Shown here piece by piece: positions 1-15,770 of a stretch of 64,000 nucleotides of DNA. The position numbers and the translations under genes are program-made. This DNA is from the human T2T-CHM13v2.0 reference genome, Homo sapiens: NCBI RefSeq assembly GCF_009914755.1, contig NC_060935.1; one strand, given 5' to 3'. The stretch's first letter is position 1, and every line of letters begins with the position of its first letter. The notes under the pieces are model-generated. The model did no database searches, was not told the DNA's origin, and worked only from the letters and a program-made list of their open reading frames with translations.

Positions 1-434
1 CTTTTAAAACTGAATGCCTTGAACAGCAACTAAGTCACCTTTTAAATGCTTTGCTGCTTAGACATTTCTTCCACCAGATATCCTAAATCATCTCTCTCAA
101 GTTCAAAGTTCCACAGATCTCTAGGGCAGAGGCAAAATGCTTCCAGTTTCTTTGCTGAAACATAACAAGAGTCAACTTTGCTTCAGTTCCTGATAAGTTC
201 CTCATCTTCATCTGAGACCACCTCAGCTTGGATTTCGTTGTCAATTTCATTATCAGCATTTTGGTCAAAACTGCTCAACAAGTCTCTAGGGAGTTCCAAA
301 CTTTCCCACATTTTCCTGTTTTCTTCTGAGCCCTCCAAACTATTCCAACCTCTGCCTGTTACCCAGTTCCAAAGTTTCTTCCACATTCTTGGATATCTTT
401 TCAGCAGTGCCCCACTCTACTGGTACTAATTTAC
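1..434 (-). mobile_element. THE1 internal sequence (ERVL-MaLR), 5' portion, continues off the left edge
   Basis: The reverse complement starts GTAAATTAGTACCAGTAGAGTGGGGC right after the LTR. ORF 183..386 (WNWVTGRGWNSLEGSEE..WESLELPRDLL) is the degenerate MaLR internal ORF. Confidence 0.92.
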
Positions 435-760
435 TGTATTAGTCCATTTTCACACTGCTGATAAAGACATAACTGAGCCTGGGCCATTTACAAAACAATG
501 ACGTTTAATGAACTCACAGTTTCACATGACTGGGGAGGTCTCACAATCATGGTAGAAGGTGAAAGCCATATTTCACATGGAGTCAACAAGAGAATAGAGC
601 TTGTTCAGGGATACTCACCTTTATAAAACAATCAGATTGCATGCAACTTATTCACTCTCAGGAGAACAGCAAGAAAAATCTTGATTCAGTTACCTCCCAC
701 TGGGTCCCTGAGCTACAGTTCAAGATGAGATTTGGGTGGGGACACAGTCAAACCATATTA
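435..760 (-). mobile_element. THE1 (B/C-like) 5' LTR with small internal deletions
   Basis: Ends TGTATTAGTCCATTTTCACACTGCTGATAAAGACATA ... GAGATTTGGGTGGGGACACAGTCAAACCATATTA match the reverse complement of the THE1 LTR termini. Confidence 0.92.
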
Positions 761-796
761 GTAGGATATTCTCAAACATGTTCCTCCTGGGAAAGT

Positions 797-1275
797 GTTG
801 TGTGCTGAATTTTGTCCCCTAAAAGTTATGCTAAATTACTAACACCTAGTAGTTCAAAATATAATTTTGTTTGAAAATAAGGTCACTACACATGTAATTA
901 GTTAAAATTAGACCATATAACAGTTGGGTGGGTCCTACTCCGTACTGGATTAAGGAATCCAATATGACTGGTACCCTTTTAAGAAGAGTGAAAGAGACAC
1001 AGAAACAGAGACCGAAGGAGAAGGTGGCCATTAATGAGACATAGACATTGGAGTGGAGCCTCTTCAAACTAAGATTTTCAGGGAGTGCTGACAACACCAA
1101 AATCTAAGGGAAAGACATGGAACAGATTCTCCCCCAGACTTTTCAGAGAGAGCATGATGCTGCCAACACCTTGTTTTTGGATTTCTAGACTCCAGGGCGG
1201 TGAGAGAATACATTTCTGTCATTTTAAGCTCTTCTAGATAGTGAAACTGTGTTACAACACTTTTAGGAACAAGCA
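797..1275 (+). mobile_element. MLT1C-like solo LTR (ERVL-MaLR)
   Basis: Begins TGTTGTGTGCTGAATTTTGTCCCC and contains GGAACAGATTCTCCC, GCCAACACCTTG..GATTTCTAGACTCCAG and AATACATTTCTGTCATTTTAAGC. Confidence 0.8.
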
Positions 1276-2499
1276 TGGATGATAATGCATGCTGCAAACA
1301 AGATATAAAGCAATTAAGAGATGAGAAATTAGATGAGAAGCACCAAGAAGAAAACCGACTGGAAAACTGATCACAAACTCTTATCAAGTGAGATGAATTG
1401 TACACCTCCAGGCCAATCATAGCAGCACACAGTGCATTTCACTCTGTGGGCTGCTGAACACAAAGAAATTTGTTAAGTCATCAGTCATTCTCAAATGTAC
1501 AGTTATGGAAGCAAAAGACAACGTGCTATTTACTCAAAAAATGCTCTTTAAATTGAACAATGGAGGAGTTACATAACAGCTTTTGTGTTCCTGCTTCCCA
1601 CTCTTCTGCTTAATTTCTCTTTCTTATAACACTATAATATTACAAGCCTATTGACACTATTGATAATGGCGATAAGACTCAAGGAAAAATACACAACTAT
1701 AAAATAGAAAGAAAAAAGAAAATTAAAAGTACTCATACAAAACATGCCCCAATAGAATTTATCTGTGTTTTACTGGTTTCTAAACCTATATGCAAGAGTC
1801 TGCTTACACAGTCTAAAACCAACTGGAAGAAAGGTGAAATATGCCATACACCACAGAAAGATTTGTTTTCCATCTGCAACAGTTGAGTGTTTGGATATCT
1901 GATAGCATCTATTACATCTTTATACTTTTGATTAAGCTAAATTTACATCACTGATAATTGGATCAAGTCCTGAAAAGTAAATTTATACCTGGAATTTTTA
2001 AATGTATAACAAGACTGCTTAAAGAACTGTATAAACACATATATCCACACACACACACACACACACCTATTTCTGTATGTAGAAATACGTTGCAATATAC
2101 AGGCTGCTTCTCTTGACACAGGAATGTGGCTTTTATAGGACTGTTGGTGTATTTGCCTGTCATTTGGAAGTAGGTAGTTAATATTGATTTTCTATAAAAA
2201 ATTCAGTCACATTGCTGGTCAAACAGATAAGGATAAAATCAACAGTAAGATAAAATAAGAACAACAACAAAAATACTTGAGATGCATATCCAATGACAAG
2301 TTTTTCTTTTCTTTTCTCTTTCTTTTTGTTGGTTTAATATGATTAGATACAGGTAGTATGTTCTCATAGTTTAAATAAATGAAAACCCTTATCTTATTCT
2401 AAGGAATAGCTACCACTAAACTACCAGGATGTTGTCTTTAAGAGGTAGATATATAGATAGATTCAGATTTTTTCCCCATATGGTATAGAAACATAAAAA

Positions 2500-3370
2500 A
2501 GGAAAAAAGTTTACCTTCCTCTACCTAAAATCCAATTCCACTTTCCAGAGGTAATTATGGTAAGCAATTTTTTGTTCTGTAGGTACTTCCATAACTGTAG
2601 ATAATATATTTATACTTTTATTCATTTATATCTTTATTTTTTATGTATTGACTTATTTAAGAGAAAGAGAATTTAGCTTAAACTGCTCCATCTCTCTTTT
2701 CTGTTTTAGTCTATGCCAAATAACCACATAATTTTCTCTTTCTTTTAATTTTTTATCAAACACTTTAATAATTTTAACAGAGAAACATTTATTCTTGCTT
2801 ACTCACTTTCTTCTACCTCTCTTTCACCATACTCTATCATCCAAACTTCAGCTTTTATAATGTGTCAAATTTTAGAGCATTGACACTGTAAAATAAAATA
2901 TAAAAAATAGTTTATGACTTGTCTACAATTTTATTTCAAAAATTAAAATTTAGTTTCTAGTATACATTTTATTATGCAATATTATTTAAGACATAATGCT
3001 GTAGGATAATTGGATTCATACAGGAAGCAATATAATCTGATGTGATTAAATGTATGCAACATGATGACAAATATAGATAGAAAAATTTGGAAAAGCATAA
3101 AAGTATACATATAGATATGCTTATTAATTCCAAGAATACCTAAATACTTCATATATATGTAGATATTTCATAGATATGCATATATATGTATATGTATGTG
3201 TTTCTGTGTATTTAGCTTTATTCCACCTTAGCTGCATTTCACAATTCTTGATATGCTTTGTTTTCCTTTTAATTCAGATAAAACAATTTCTAATTTCTCT
3301 TTTAATTTCTTTTTTATCTATGAGTCCTCTGGAAGTATATTGTTTTTAAATATTTGGAATTTTTCACATT
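2500..3370 (-). mobile_element. highly diverged L1M debris
   Basis: T-rich sequence with L1ME/L1M-like phrases (TTCCAGAGGTAATTAT; TTTCTAATTTCTCTTTTAATTTCTTTTTT..GAAGTATATTGTTT). Boundaries uncertain. Confidence 0.4.
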
Positions 3371-3374
3371 TCTG

Positions 3375-3895
3375 GTGAGGGCTTTGGGTTAGGCAATATC
3401 AGCTTGGTCTCCAGAGGGGCTGGAAACTAAAGTCAGCTGTGCCAGTGGCCAATAATGTCTACATGACTGAGTGCCAATAAAAACTCTGGACACCAAAGCA
3501 CAGGTGAACTTCCTTGGTTGGCAATACTTTGTGTATATAGTCACACATCATTGCTGGGGAAAGTGAGTTCTATTCATGACTACACTGGGAGAATATAATT
3601 GGAAGCATCACACTTGGCATTTTTCTGGGCTCAGGCTCATGTATCTCTTCCTATGGTTGATTTCTATAATATAATCCATAATATCTATCTATATAGTTTA
3701 TTATCTGTCAGTAATACACTTTACTAAAGAGTGTGATAGCTTTCAGTGAATTTTTTAGCTTTTCAAATGAATTATAGAACCTGAGGGTGGTCGTGTGAAC
3801 ATTTGAACTTTCAACTGGTCTCATAAGAAGATGGTCTTGAACATCTCTAAACTTGCATTTGTTGTCAGAAGTGAGGGCATAGCCTTGTGTACTAC
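3375..3895 (+). mobile_element. MER21-family LTR fragment
   Basis: CCAATAAAAACTCTGGACACCAAAGCACAGGTGAACTTCCTTGGTTGGCAATACT..TCACACATCATTGCTGGG and a 3' GTCAGAAGTGAGGG motif. Confidence 0.75.
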
Positions 3896-4945
3896 TTGCA
3901 CACTTCATAGATGGCCAACTCTGACACTTCTCTGATGGATAAATGGGGTCATTTCCTTGCTACTGCCAGGTAGGGCTGGAGATCCAGGTTCTCCGGTTGG
4001 CATCCATGATTAATACCCTAACTAGGACGAGAGAGGGAGCCTTTTTTACTACTGATGAAGGTGGAATTTTAGGCTCTCCACTAAAACTCTGCTGATACCA
4101 CCCCAGCAAAGAAAGGGAGGAGTGCCTAAGTACCACTGAGTGGGAGTTGAAGTCAGGCTCCTCTTGTGGTCTCCACTGATATCATGGGGTTTGGGAGCTT
4201 TGTCACTACCCAACAGCGTTGAGCATTCTAGCTTCTCACTCATTCTTCTCCAACAACACACTGGTGGTGGCTTTGGGATGCTTCACTAATGCCTGGGAAG
4301 GGTGGAATCTGTGCTCTCCACTTGGCCTTTATTGGTGGGTTTTGGGTTACAGCCACATTTTATTTTATTCTGTGGATAAGAGTGGTTTTCATCTAAAGAT
4401 TTGTGACAGTCTAGCCTGCCTCTTTTCTGATCCCTTGGCTAAGAAAAGCTGACTTTTCTTGCCTTCTCCATCTTTTTAATTTGTCTGTGCCCACTGGTGT
4501 TTCTGGGTGGCCAGCTTCTTTGATTTTCAGTCTAGGATATAGAAGGAAAAAAGAAAATCCAGGGAGCCAAAGAGCTCACTACCATGTTATCCCCCAAGTT
4601 ATGAGCTGCCCTGACTTCTCTTCACTTTTGCCAGTTTTCTTATGTTTTTTTTTAAATTTATAATGATAAGGGTTTCTAGCTTTACTTAGTGGAAAGAATA
4701 AGTATGTCTATTCCATCTTTCTGAAAGTGCATTACTTTATAACTGAGAGTTCTATGATTTACTCTATGCATCTTTAACTTATCACAATCTAATTTCAGTT
4801 AATATTCTACCACTTTGTGTATAATGATAGACAGAATTTTGAAACAGTTATTTTATCTTCTTCCTTCCACCTTTTGTCTTTTTATGTCATAAATGTTATT
4901 TCTATGGGTGTATTAAACACCTAATTACATTGGTACTGCTTTCAC

Positions 4946-4986
4946 TTTTTTTTCTTTTTCTTTTTTTCTTTTATTTTTTGAGACAG

Positions 4987-5042
<56 letters not shown>

Positions 5043-5305
5043 ACCGAGGTTAGAGTGCACTGGCACGATATGGCTTACTGTGGCCTTTACTTCCTGGGCT
5101 CAAGCAATCCTCCCACTTCAGCCTCCAAAGTAGCTAGTTCAACAGGTGCACACCACCACCACACTTGGCTGATTTTTAAATTTTTTTGTATGGATGGGAC
5201 CTCACCATGTTGCCCAGGCTGCTCTCAGATGCCTGAGCTCAAACAATTTTCCCACGTCAGCCTCCCAAAGGGCTGAGATTGCAGGCATGAGCCACTGTTC
5301 CTGGC
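4946..5305 (-). mobile_element. AluJ with internal (CT)n expansion
   Basis: T-tail, then GAGACAGG..(CT)n..GTCACC, GCTCAAGCAATCCTCCCAC (J-type), ending GAGCCACTGTTCCTGGCC. Confidence 0.9.
4990..5039. repeat. (CT)~25 microsatellite
   Basis: Pure CT run seen directly. Confidence 0.95.
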
Positions 5306-6377
5306 CTGCTTTCACTTTGAACAATTAACTTTTAAATAAATTTATAAAAGTAAAAAGGTCTTTAATATTTATCTACATATTTACTATTTCTGACCTTATT
5401 TATTCTTTTCTACTCAGTATAGTTTTCTTATGCCTGAAAATTTGCCTTAATATTTATGAAAGTATAGGTCTGCTAGTGATACACTCTCTCAACTTTTGTT
5501 TTTCTAGAGGCTTATTTATCTCAATTTCTTTTTGAAGACTATTTTCACTGGGTAAATGTTTTGTTTTAATGCCTCTAGCTTATATTTGTTTTATGATAAG
5601 TCTGTTTTCAGTGTTACCTTTGTTCCTTTGAATCTGCTATATCTTTCTTTTTTTCTATTAGCTTTGATAATTTTTTATATTGCTATGTTTCAACAATTTA
5701 ATTCTGTGTTTTTTGTGGAGGTGGTTTTATTTATATGTATTCTTCTTTGGGTTTCTTGGTTTTGTTTATATTTATTTTGCTTTATAGGTTTTTAAATTCA
5801 TATTTGGAACAAGCTAGGCTATCATTTCTTCCAATCTTTTTCTGTCACCTTATGTTAGATGACAAGATATTGTCTTACAATTTACTGATTTTGTTAATAT
5901 TTATCATTTTTTTCTCTTTGGGCTTTATTTTTGATAAGTTCTAATGCCATTTAAGAGCTCACTGATACGTTTTTGCTGATGTCTAATCTACTTTTTATTA
6001 TATTCATTGAATTTTTTACTTCAGATATTGTATTTTTCAGCTATACAAGTTTCATTTTTTTGTCTCATTTGTACCTTCCATGTCTATGCTATTTTCTTTA
6101 TGTATTTATTTAAATCCTTGGGCATATGTATAAGAGCTTTATGAAGTGATTGTCTACTATTTCCATCTTGTCTCTCATTTATGGTTCTTTAATTTTCTAT
6201 TAACTATTTTTTCTTTCTAATTATGTATCCTTTTGTATCACTTTTTCACAAATCTGGTAAATTTTCATTCTATACAGCATGTTTTAAATGTTTGGACTCC
6301 TTTTTCTTCTTTTAAAAGAAGTTTTTGACAGCTAGAATTTAGTGACTAGTGGATCATGTTGATTCTTTCAAGCCTTG

Positions 6378-8749
<2,372 letters not shown>

Positions 8750-8751
8750 TC

Positions 8752-9380
8752 AAGTCTTATTTTTTTTAAGCATGTTAGGACAGGTCCAGTGTCATTTTTA
8801 CTTTGACAAATTTAACCATACTGCAAGTGCTTCACACTTTTGGAATGTCTACAAACCATCTTAGTATTTAGGTCTTAGTTCTGAGCACACTTTTTGTCAA
8901 ATTTCAGAGGTCTTTTAGATCATTGTGGGATTTGTCCATATTACGGCTCCTGGCTGTTCTTGGCCTTGTCCTGCAGAGTTTCTCCCCGTGAAACATAGGT
9001 GACTATTCAGATAAACATTCAATAACATTCCTTTGCTGATTTATGGAGTTCTTTCTCTATGTATCAATTTTTGTCTCCTACTCCTTTCTTTAAGCTCTAG
9101 ATATCTTGTCCATCCTGAACTTTGTTCAATATCTCCTCAACTCAATGAGCCCACCATACTGTGTTTGGACAACCTCTCCATGCCTTGGTCAATAAATTGT
9201 CTCCAGACAAAAAGCTCTAATAAACTTAAGTTGCCTTTGTTTTTCTTCTTGCAAAGGTCACAGTTCTGTTCTGCCTGATGTCCAAAAGTATAAAGCATGT
9301 CATTTATTTTATTCAGTTTCTCATTATTTATGGCAAGAGGGCAACTCTCCATCAGTTATTTGTTCCCAGAAGTAGAACTG
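8752..9380 (-). mobile_element. continuation of old L1M fragment
   Basis: The sequence flanking the L1 TSD continues with L1M 5'-region-like text (GGTCACAGTTCTGTTCTGCCTGATGTCCAA). Confidence 0.5.
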
Positions 9381-11481
9381 TATAAGCCACATATTTTCAT
9401 AAAATATGACTAATCTTTTAAAATTTCTTTCTTGAATTATTGTTTCCTTATCATCTCCAAATTTATAGATGTTTTTTAATGCACAATCGTTCTTTTTTTA
9501 AATCCTTAACTTTTTTTGTTTTGTTTTTACTTTCAAAACTCTGATTTGTCTTTAAAAACAATAGCATACTTAATATAAGTGGCTATTAGAGCTTATTGCT
9601 TGTTCAGACCTATTTCTTCAGTGGACTTTTTAAGTGTGATGGCTGCACTTCCCTGATGTTATATAAGCAGAAATTTGGAAATAAGACTACTTTTAAATGA
9701 CATTCACACTATAACTAAAAAGAGCATTTTTCTGCAACAAGATTCACATCAGCAGCTCTAGTTTTTCCAAAGCAGATTTTTTCTTTCTTTCTTCCTTTTT
9801 TTTCCCCCCGTTTCTTTAGGGAACAGTACTTACATTTTGGCCTGAGGAAAAACACTCTGCTGACTCAAAATTGAGAAGAGATAGGAGGGTAATTTAAGAA
9901 GCTATCCTGTTAGAAAAAAAAATCAATTCTTCCTCTTGATTTCTACACAACCACCATTCCTATTCTGTAATCTTGATAGCTTTGAGTTTAGAGACTCCCA
10001 TTTTTTATCACTAAAATGAATGGCTCCCAAGTCCAATAAAAAGCTCTCTTTTGTTGTAGGCTAAAATTCCTCCATGTTATCTATGTATTCTAGGAAAATT
10101 TTAGAATCTTTGGTCTATTGAAGTTTCCCTTCTCATTCTTAATATTGCTATAGATTTATTAATTTATTGTATTTTATGTCTCTTCATTTTCATTTTATGA
10201 GGATTTAGCAGGGATAGAAGTAAAACATATATTCTCAATCTTCTCTCTGGTATAGTTGCCTGAGGATTTTTTTAATGATATATTTTGCATTTTAAAACTT
10301 CTTTGCTTTCTCTTCTACACGATGTGAATAAAACACATGTCTTTCTTGCAGCATTGTTTGAGAATAAATCTAAACCCATGATGTATATATCATGTCTTCC
10401 AGTGTGTATACATACTGGAAAGTATTTGGTGTTTGTAGACAATTGAGTTAAATATTTGGATATAATGTTTCCATTAAGCACAAATTTTAGAAGAGGAAGA
10501 GAAAAAGAAACAAATTTAAAAAAACATGATCTATTTATGAGTTTTGTATAGTTTAACATTCATTGTCATGTGCTTTGTCTTTCGTTGCTATGTATCAAAT
10601 TTTTTAGGCTCGGGCTAATTTAGTTTGGATGGTGTCTTGTGCAACCTCACACAGGTAATGATGGACTGCTTTAATGGAGATTCTGGGAAGGCTCCACTCC
10701 TTTCTGCTTCTTAATGTTCTCATGAACGTGATTAAATAATTTTTGGCAATATTGTCATATAGACCTGACAAAGATACCTCTCCCTAGAAATTTGAGAATT
10801 GGGGAGTTTCTGTCTATTTAAAAGTTCCTCTCTATTTAAAAGATAGCTTAGTCTCTAAGAAAAATAATTCACTCTTTAAATCAGTCACTCTTTCACTTGA
10901 GTAGGTAAGGAAAACTTTCCAGCCTCTACTTGTATTTCCTTCCAGTTAGTCATGATTTCCAGATATCAAAAAGCACTAAATAGATTTTACCAGCTCTGTA
11001 ATTTCACAGGCCATTATATAACACTAAAAAAACCTCACTACTAGTGAAATAAGTTGCTTAACTAACTTTTAAAATATAACTCAACTCCAGAATCTAATTT
11101 CATGTAGAATGTTTCAAAACTCACTGAATTCTTAACCCAGAATTTATGTTGGAAGTGATAATTTCTGATAACCTGTGAACTCATTATTTTCAAGCATGTA
11201 TGCCTTTGCTGTGTTGTAATTAATTGCCAGAAATAATGTTATTTCTATATCATCCTTAAGATTCTTGCTCATTATCATGTGTTTCAAAATTGGCAACTCC
11301 CCCCCCATATGGTTTTTGAACATTTTCAAGCTTAGACAGTTATAAATGGTAATTATTAATAAGCTTCCATCCTGCAAGCTTCATGTTTTCTCCCCTCAAA
11401 TATGCATTATATGTATACATACATATAAATAAAACATGTTTACATGTATAAATAAATATAAGAAATAATATGTACATATCC

Positions 11482-11636
11482 TTTTTTTTTTTTTTTTTAG
11501 ACAAGGTCTCACTCTGTCACCCAGGCTGTAGTGCAGTGGAGTGATCACAACTCACTGCAGCCTCAACTTCCTGGACTCAAATAATCCTCCCAGTAGCTAA
11601 GACTACAGGCACACACCACCATGCTCTACTATTTTT
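11482..11636 (-). mobile_element. FRAM/AluJ right-arm monomer
   Basis: Poly-T + AGACAAGGTCTCACTCTGTCACCCAGGCTG..CTCACTGCAGCCTCAAC..ACCACCATGC; single arm only. Confidence 0.85.
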
Positions 11637-12199
11637 AGATATATGTTATCTTTTACAGAGTAGTTTATATTCTCTTTGTCTAAAAAAATTAATTAAAAGT
11701 TACTATCCAAAGGGAATGTGAGCTTGATAGTACTCTCCTCACCCAGTGTAGTAGTATTTATCAATATTTTCCCCTATGCTATGCTGAGAAATATATAGTC
11801 CCTTGTTACTCAGCACATGTCTATATGTACACATGTACAAATAAAAATTAAAACATGTTTCATAAAATTACTTTATTATATATACTGCATCTTATATCTA
11901 TTTTTTAAAATAATATTTGTGGACCACTATGTTGATTTCATTACCTATAATCTAGCATCTCCAGATCCTTTGTAATTATGAGGCATCTGTCATTGTATCA
12001 GGAAAGGGCTAGAAAGTTCTCATCCCTTATTTTGGTTTGTTCAGTTTAGAGTACGAACCTAGGACATGGTCTTGTTCAGTTGGATACTTCCAAGAGGTAC
12101 ATTGGCCTATTATAGTTTTCACTGAAATATAGTAGCTTTATAGAAGTGAATAAAGAGCTTCATTATTTATTATTTAGGAATACTTATGCAAATAATACC

Positions 12200-14528
12200 A
12201 AAGTTAAGAAATGGTGTCATATGGTGACATTTCCAAGGCCCTCTGATGGCCCTGAATAATCCATATATCCTCCATCCTTCATCCTCTCCAAAGGTAAGCA
12301 CTGTCTTGATTTTACCATTTTCTTGCTACATTTTTATTTTTTACTACCAAAACATTTATCTCTAAGTTTTGTAATTAACTTTTGATTGTTTTAAAATTTT
12401 ATATTACTAGAAAGCTGTTATATGTTCCACATGTTGTTTTACTCATCATTATATTTATAATGTCCACTCTGATGCTGCATTTAGTTACATTTCATTCATT
12501 GTTCTTGCTATATTGTATTCTGTTGTGTGACTATACCAACAATTTATTTTTTAAATGTTGATTAAAAGACATATTTCTCTAGTCTTGGATTATTATAATT
12601 AATGGTGTTATGAACATTATTCTATGTGACTCTTGGTGTGTGTGGACACCTTTCTAAAATAAATATATTTAGAAGTGTAATTGATCATAATGTTTGCTTA
12701 TGTTCTACAGTAGTAGAAAACCACTGTGATCCAAGGCAGTCATTTCAACTTACACCCCCATCATAAGTGTATGAAAGTTCCAGCTGCCTTGCATTATCAC
12801 TAATACTATGTATTATCAGTTTCTATTTTTAGGCAAATTATTCAATCATGGTGTCTATAAATCTCCTTTTGGATTTAATTTTCTTTCACTGATCACTAAT
12901 GAAGTTGAGCATATTTTCCTTTGTTTTTACATCATTTGGAATTTCTCCTTTTTCAGATTCCTTTTTAATTATTTTGGCCTTTTTAATTGGGGCTTCTGTC
13001 TTTTTGCAATTGATTTGTATGAATATATTCTTTGGATATAAATTATTTTGTTATATGTGTTCCAATACCTTGTCTCACTCTATAGATTGATTTTTAATTA
13101 TTAACAGTAAAATAAATTTTAAAGCAAGTTTGTTTTTTACCTTTATGTTTAATTTTTTTTTGTTCTTTTAATAACATTATGCCTATCTTTTATCACAACC
13201 TTCTCCATCCTATCTAGAGGTTATCACTGGCTGTTGTGGCAATGATACCCCTGTTTTTCTTTATATTTTTACAATCTATTTATGCATAACTACATGTTTT
13301 TAAAGTTTATTTACTTGCCTTATTATATAAATGATGTCATACTTTATATAATCTTTTATGCATTGCTTCTTTTGATTAATATCTTTATATAGTTCTTGGT
13401 ATTTTCATTGATCAGGAGTATTTCTATGCATATATAAAACCATTTTCCTTACTTTTTCTTAGAGATGTATGAGTCTGTTTCTGGGGTTTCTAATTTGTTT
13501 TATTATCCCATCGTGAATCTTGCATCAATATCACACTAAAAATAAGTTAATAGTATGTATTTATATCTGCTACTACATATTCTCTAAGTCTGTACTTCTA
13601 CTTCAGTATTAACTTGGGTGTTCATATGCCTTTGAATTTCCAAATAGTTTTGGAATAACCTTGATAATTTCCACACAAATATTGACTATATTTTGATTGG
13701 GATTATTTTGATTATATTAATCAACTTTTATAAAATTGGCATCCTTAGCACATTTAATAATTTACTCATGAATATTGTACATTTTTCCATTTATTTAGTT
13801 CTTTTGAAATTGCTTTTAACAATGCTTTCTTGCTTTGTGATGATTTTTGCTTATTTTTAATTAAGCTTATTTCTAGATATTTTATATTATTTGTGCTATT
13901 CTAAATGTATCATAAATCAGTTATGTTTTCTAAATTGTTTGTTACTAGTTTATAGAAACAAAATAGACATTTGTTTATTTACCTTATATTCAGTAACCTT
14001 GCTAAATTTATTTGTCCTTTCCATTAGGTTTTCTCTAAATATTTTGCTCTATTTTCTATATACAAAGTCATGTAATCTATAACTGGAGGAGGCTGTAGGT
14101 GTTCTTTTCCAATATTTATTTTGTTGTTTCTCCTATTTTTTGTGTTACTGATGTAGCTAAGATTAATGTTACAGTGTCGCTCACAAAAATTCTTGTCTGA
14201 CAGACACTGATCTCTGGAAGAATATAATATTTTACCATTAAGAGTGATGTCTGCTGTAGTACTTTGTAAATATCTTTATCAGGTCATATTTGAGAACCTT
14301 ACTTTTATCCCTGGATATAATCCATTGACAGAAAGTAGATCCCTGATTTTTTTTAAAAAAAAGATAAAGTTATGAACTTTATCTTTTAACTACAGTAAGC
14401 CAATTTTTATTTTATATTATTGCTGACATGTTTATATCTGACATACTATTTTGTAACTTTTTTGTCCTACCTACTCTGTTCATTTTTTAATGTCTAGCTT
14501 TCTTTCTAATTCACATTTTTACTCATCC
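12200..14528 (-). mobile_element. ancient L1ME fragments (3'UTR and ORF2)
   Basis: CTCCAAAGGTAAGCACTGTCTTGATTTT, ATCACTAATGAAGTTGAGCATATTTTC and ACCTTATATTCAGTAACCTTGCTAAATT. A second 3'UTR piece sits at ~13190-13440. Confidence 0.7.
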
Positions 14529-14535
14529 CATTTTC

Positions 14536-14904
14536 TTTTTTTTCTTTTTTTATTTTTTTATTTTTTATTTTTATTTTTTTAAATTTATTTATTTATTATT
14601 ATTGTACTTTAAGTTTTAGGGTACATGTGCACAATGTGCAGGTTAGTTACATATGTATACATGTGTCATGCTGGTGCGCTGCACCCACTAACTCCTCATC
14701 TAGCATTAGGTATATCTCCCAATGCTATCCCTCCCCCCTCCCCCCACCCCACAACAGTCCCCAGAGTGTGATGTTCCCCTTCCTGTGTCCATGTGTTCTC
14801 ATTGTTCAATTCCCACCTATGAGTGAGAATATGCAGTGTTTGGTTTTTTGTTCTTGCGATAGTTTACTGAGAATGATGATTTCCAATTTCATCCATGTCC
14901 CTAC
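14536..14904 (-). mobile_element. young 5'-truncated L1PA2/L1PA3 3' end (~370 bp)
   Basis: Near-consensus GGTTAGTTACATATGTATAC..GCTGGTGCGCTGCACCCACTAAC..ATGATGATTTCCAATTTCATCC. Long T-rich tail. TSD CATTTTC at 14529-14535 and 14905-14911. Lacks the L1HS-Ta ACA diagnostic. Confidence 0.92.
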
Positions 14905-15374
14905 CATTTTCATACTTTTAGTGGTTATATTAGAAATCCCAGCAGCAGACTTGAAGCCTTCTGTAGCCCTGGAAAGTGACCTGCATCGGATTCTGTGGCC
15001 CTTCTTTCCTGTGACTGACAGTCCTACTATAGCTCCTGGCTTCAAACATTGAGTTTACATCTGGCTCACTATCTCACTTGGAATCCTTAGTTTCTATTAC
15101 CCCATAAACCTGAACTCCCAGGTACCTCTGCCTGATTTTGAACACAGAGACCAGTATGTATGTGGCTTAAGCCTTGCTCACACTTGGAGTTTCTTCTGCA
15201 TGTTGATCCATGCAAATATTTATCATGTTTTTCCCCATATGGGCCTTTAACATAAATTTTACACTTTATAATTTATCTATCTCTGTTTAGAGAAGCAGTG
15301 TGTCTCATAACTTATAATTGCAATTTTTACCTAGCTGGAATTTCTAACTTAGTTTCTACTGTCTGAATTTGTAT

Positions 15375-15770
15375 AGCCCTAATCCAGACTAGAGAGAATG
15401 GTGGCTTAGACTATAATGGTGGCAGGAGGGAGAAGTTTATCCATTTGAGATATGTACATTTTATATCAAATTTTATAATAGTCTGTGAACAAATATGGGT
15501 GGCAGGGTACCCAGGAGTTAAAAAAAATCTTTCAGTCTTGGTTTGAGCATTTGGATAGATTTAGCATAATTTATTGAAGTAGGAGAAACTTTAATTTTTA
15601 GGAGTTGCAATTTAAGAGTTTACTTCTGAACATGTTGAGATGAAATACTGGTGAAACACAAAAGTGGATATATCAAGCAGATTGTTGGATATATGAGGGG
15701 CTCAGTACAAAACCTAGGCTAAAGACCAAGTTGGGAGTTGCTAGCTTATAAATGGTATTGTAAGTCATTC
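15375..15770 (-). mobile_element. L2 fragment
   Basis: GAGAATGGTGGCTTAGAC..GGTGGCAGG, TGAACATGTTGAG..AAGTGGATATATCAAGCAG..TTGGATATATGAG are typical of antisense L2. Confidence 0.7.

Larger units (their letters stand above)
3900..6369 (-). mobile_element. old L1M fragments (5' region/ORF1 side), interrupted by an Alu
   Basis: Antisense L1M-type phrases (GGTCTGCTAGTGAT..CTCTCAACTTTTGTT, TTTTGAAGACTATTTTCACTGGGTA, TTCAGATATTGTATTTTTCAGCT). Resumes at ~8752. Confidence 0.6.

Noticed and set aside
925-966. Possible inverted templated insert in MLT1C (TGGATT-AAGG-AATCCA)
   Set aside because: The stem is only 6 bp and the interpretation depends on my recollection of an old consensus.
10608-10654. 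47-nt AG..GT micro-exon candidate
   Set aside because: Short pyrimidine tract, not frame-preserving, no recognisable peptide; expected by chance.
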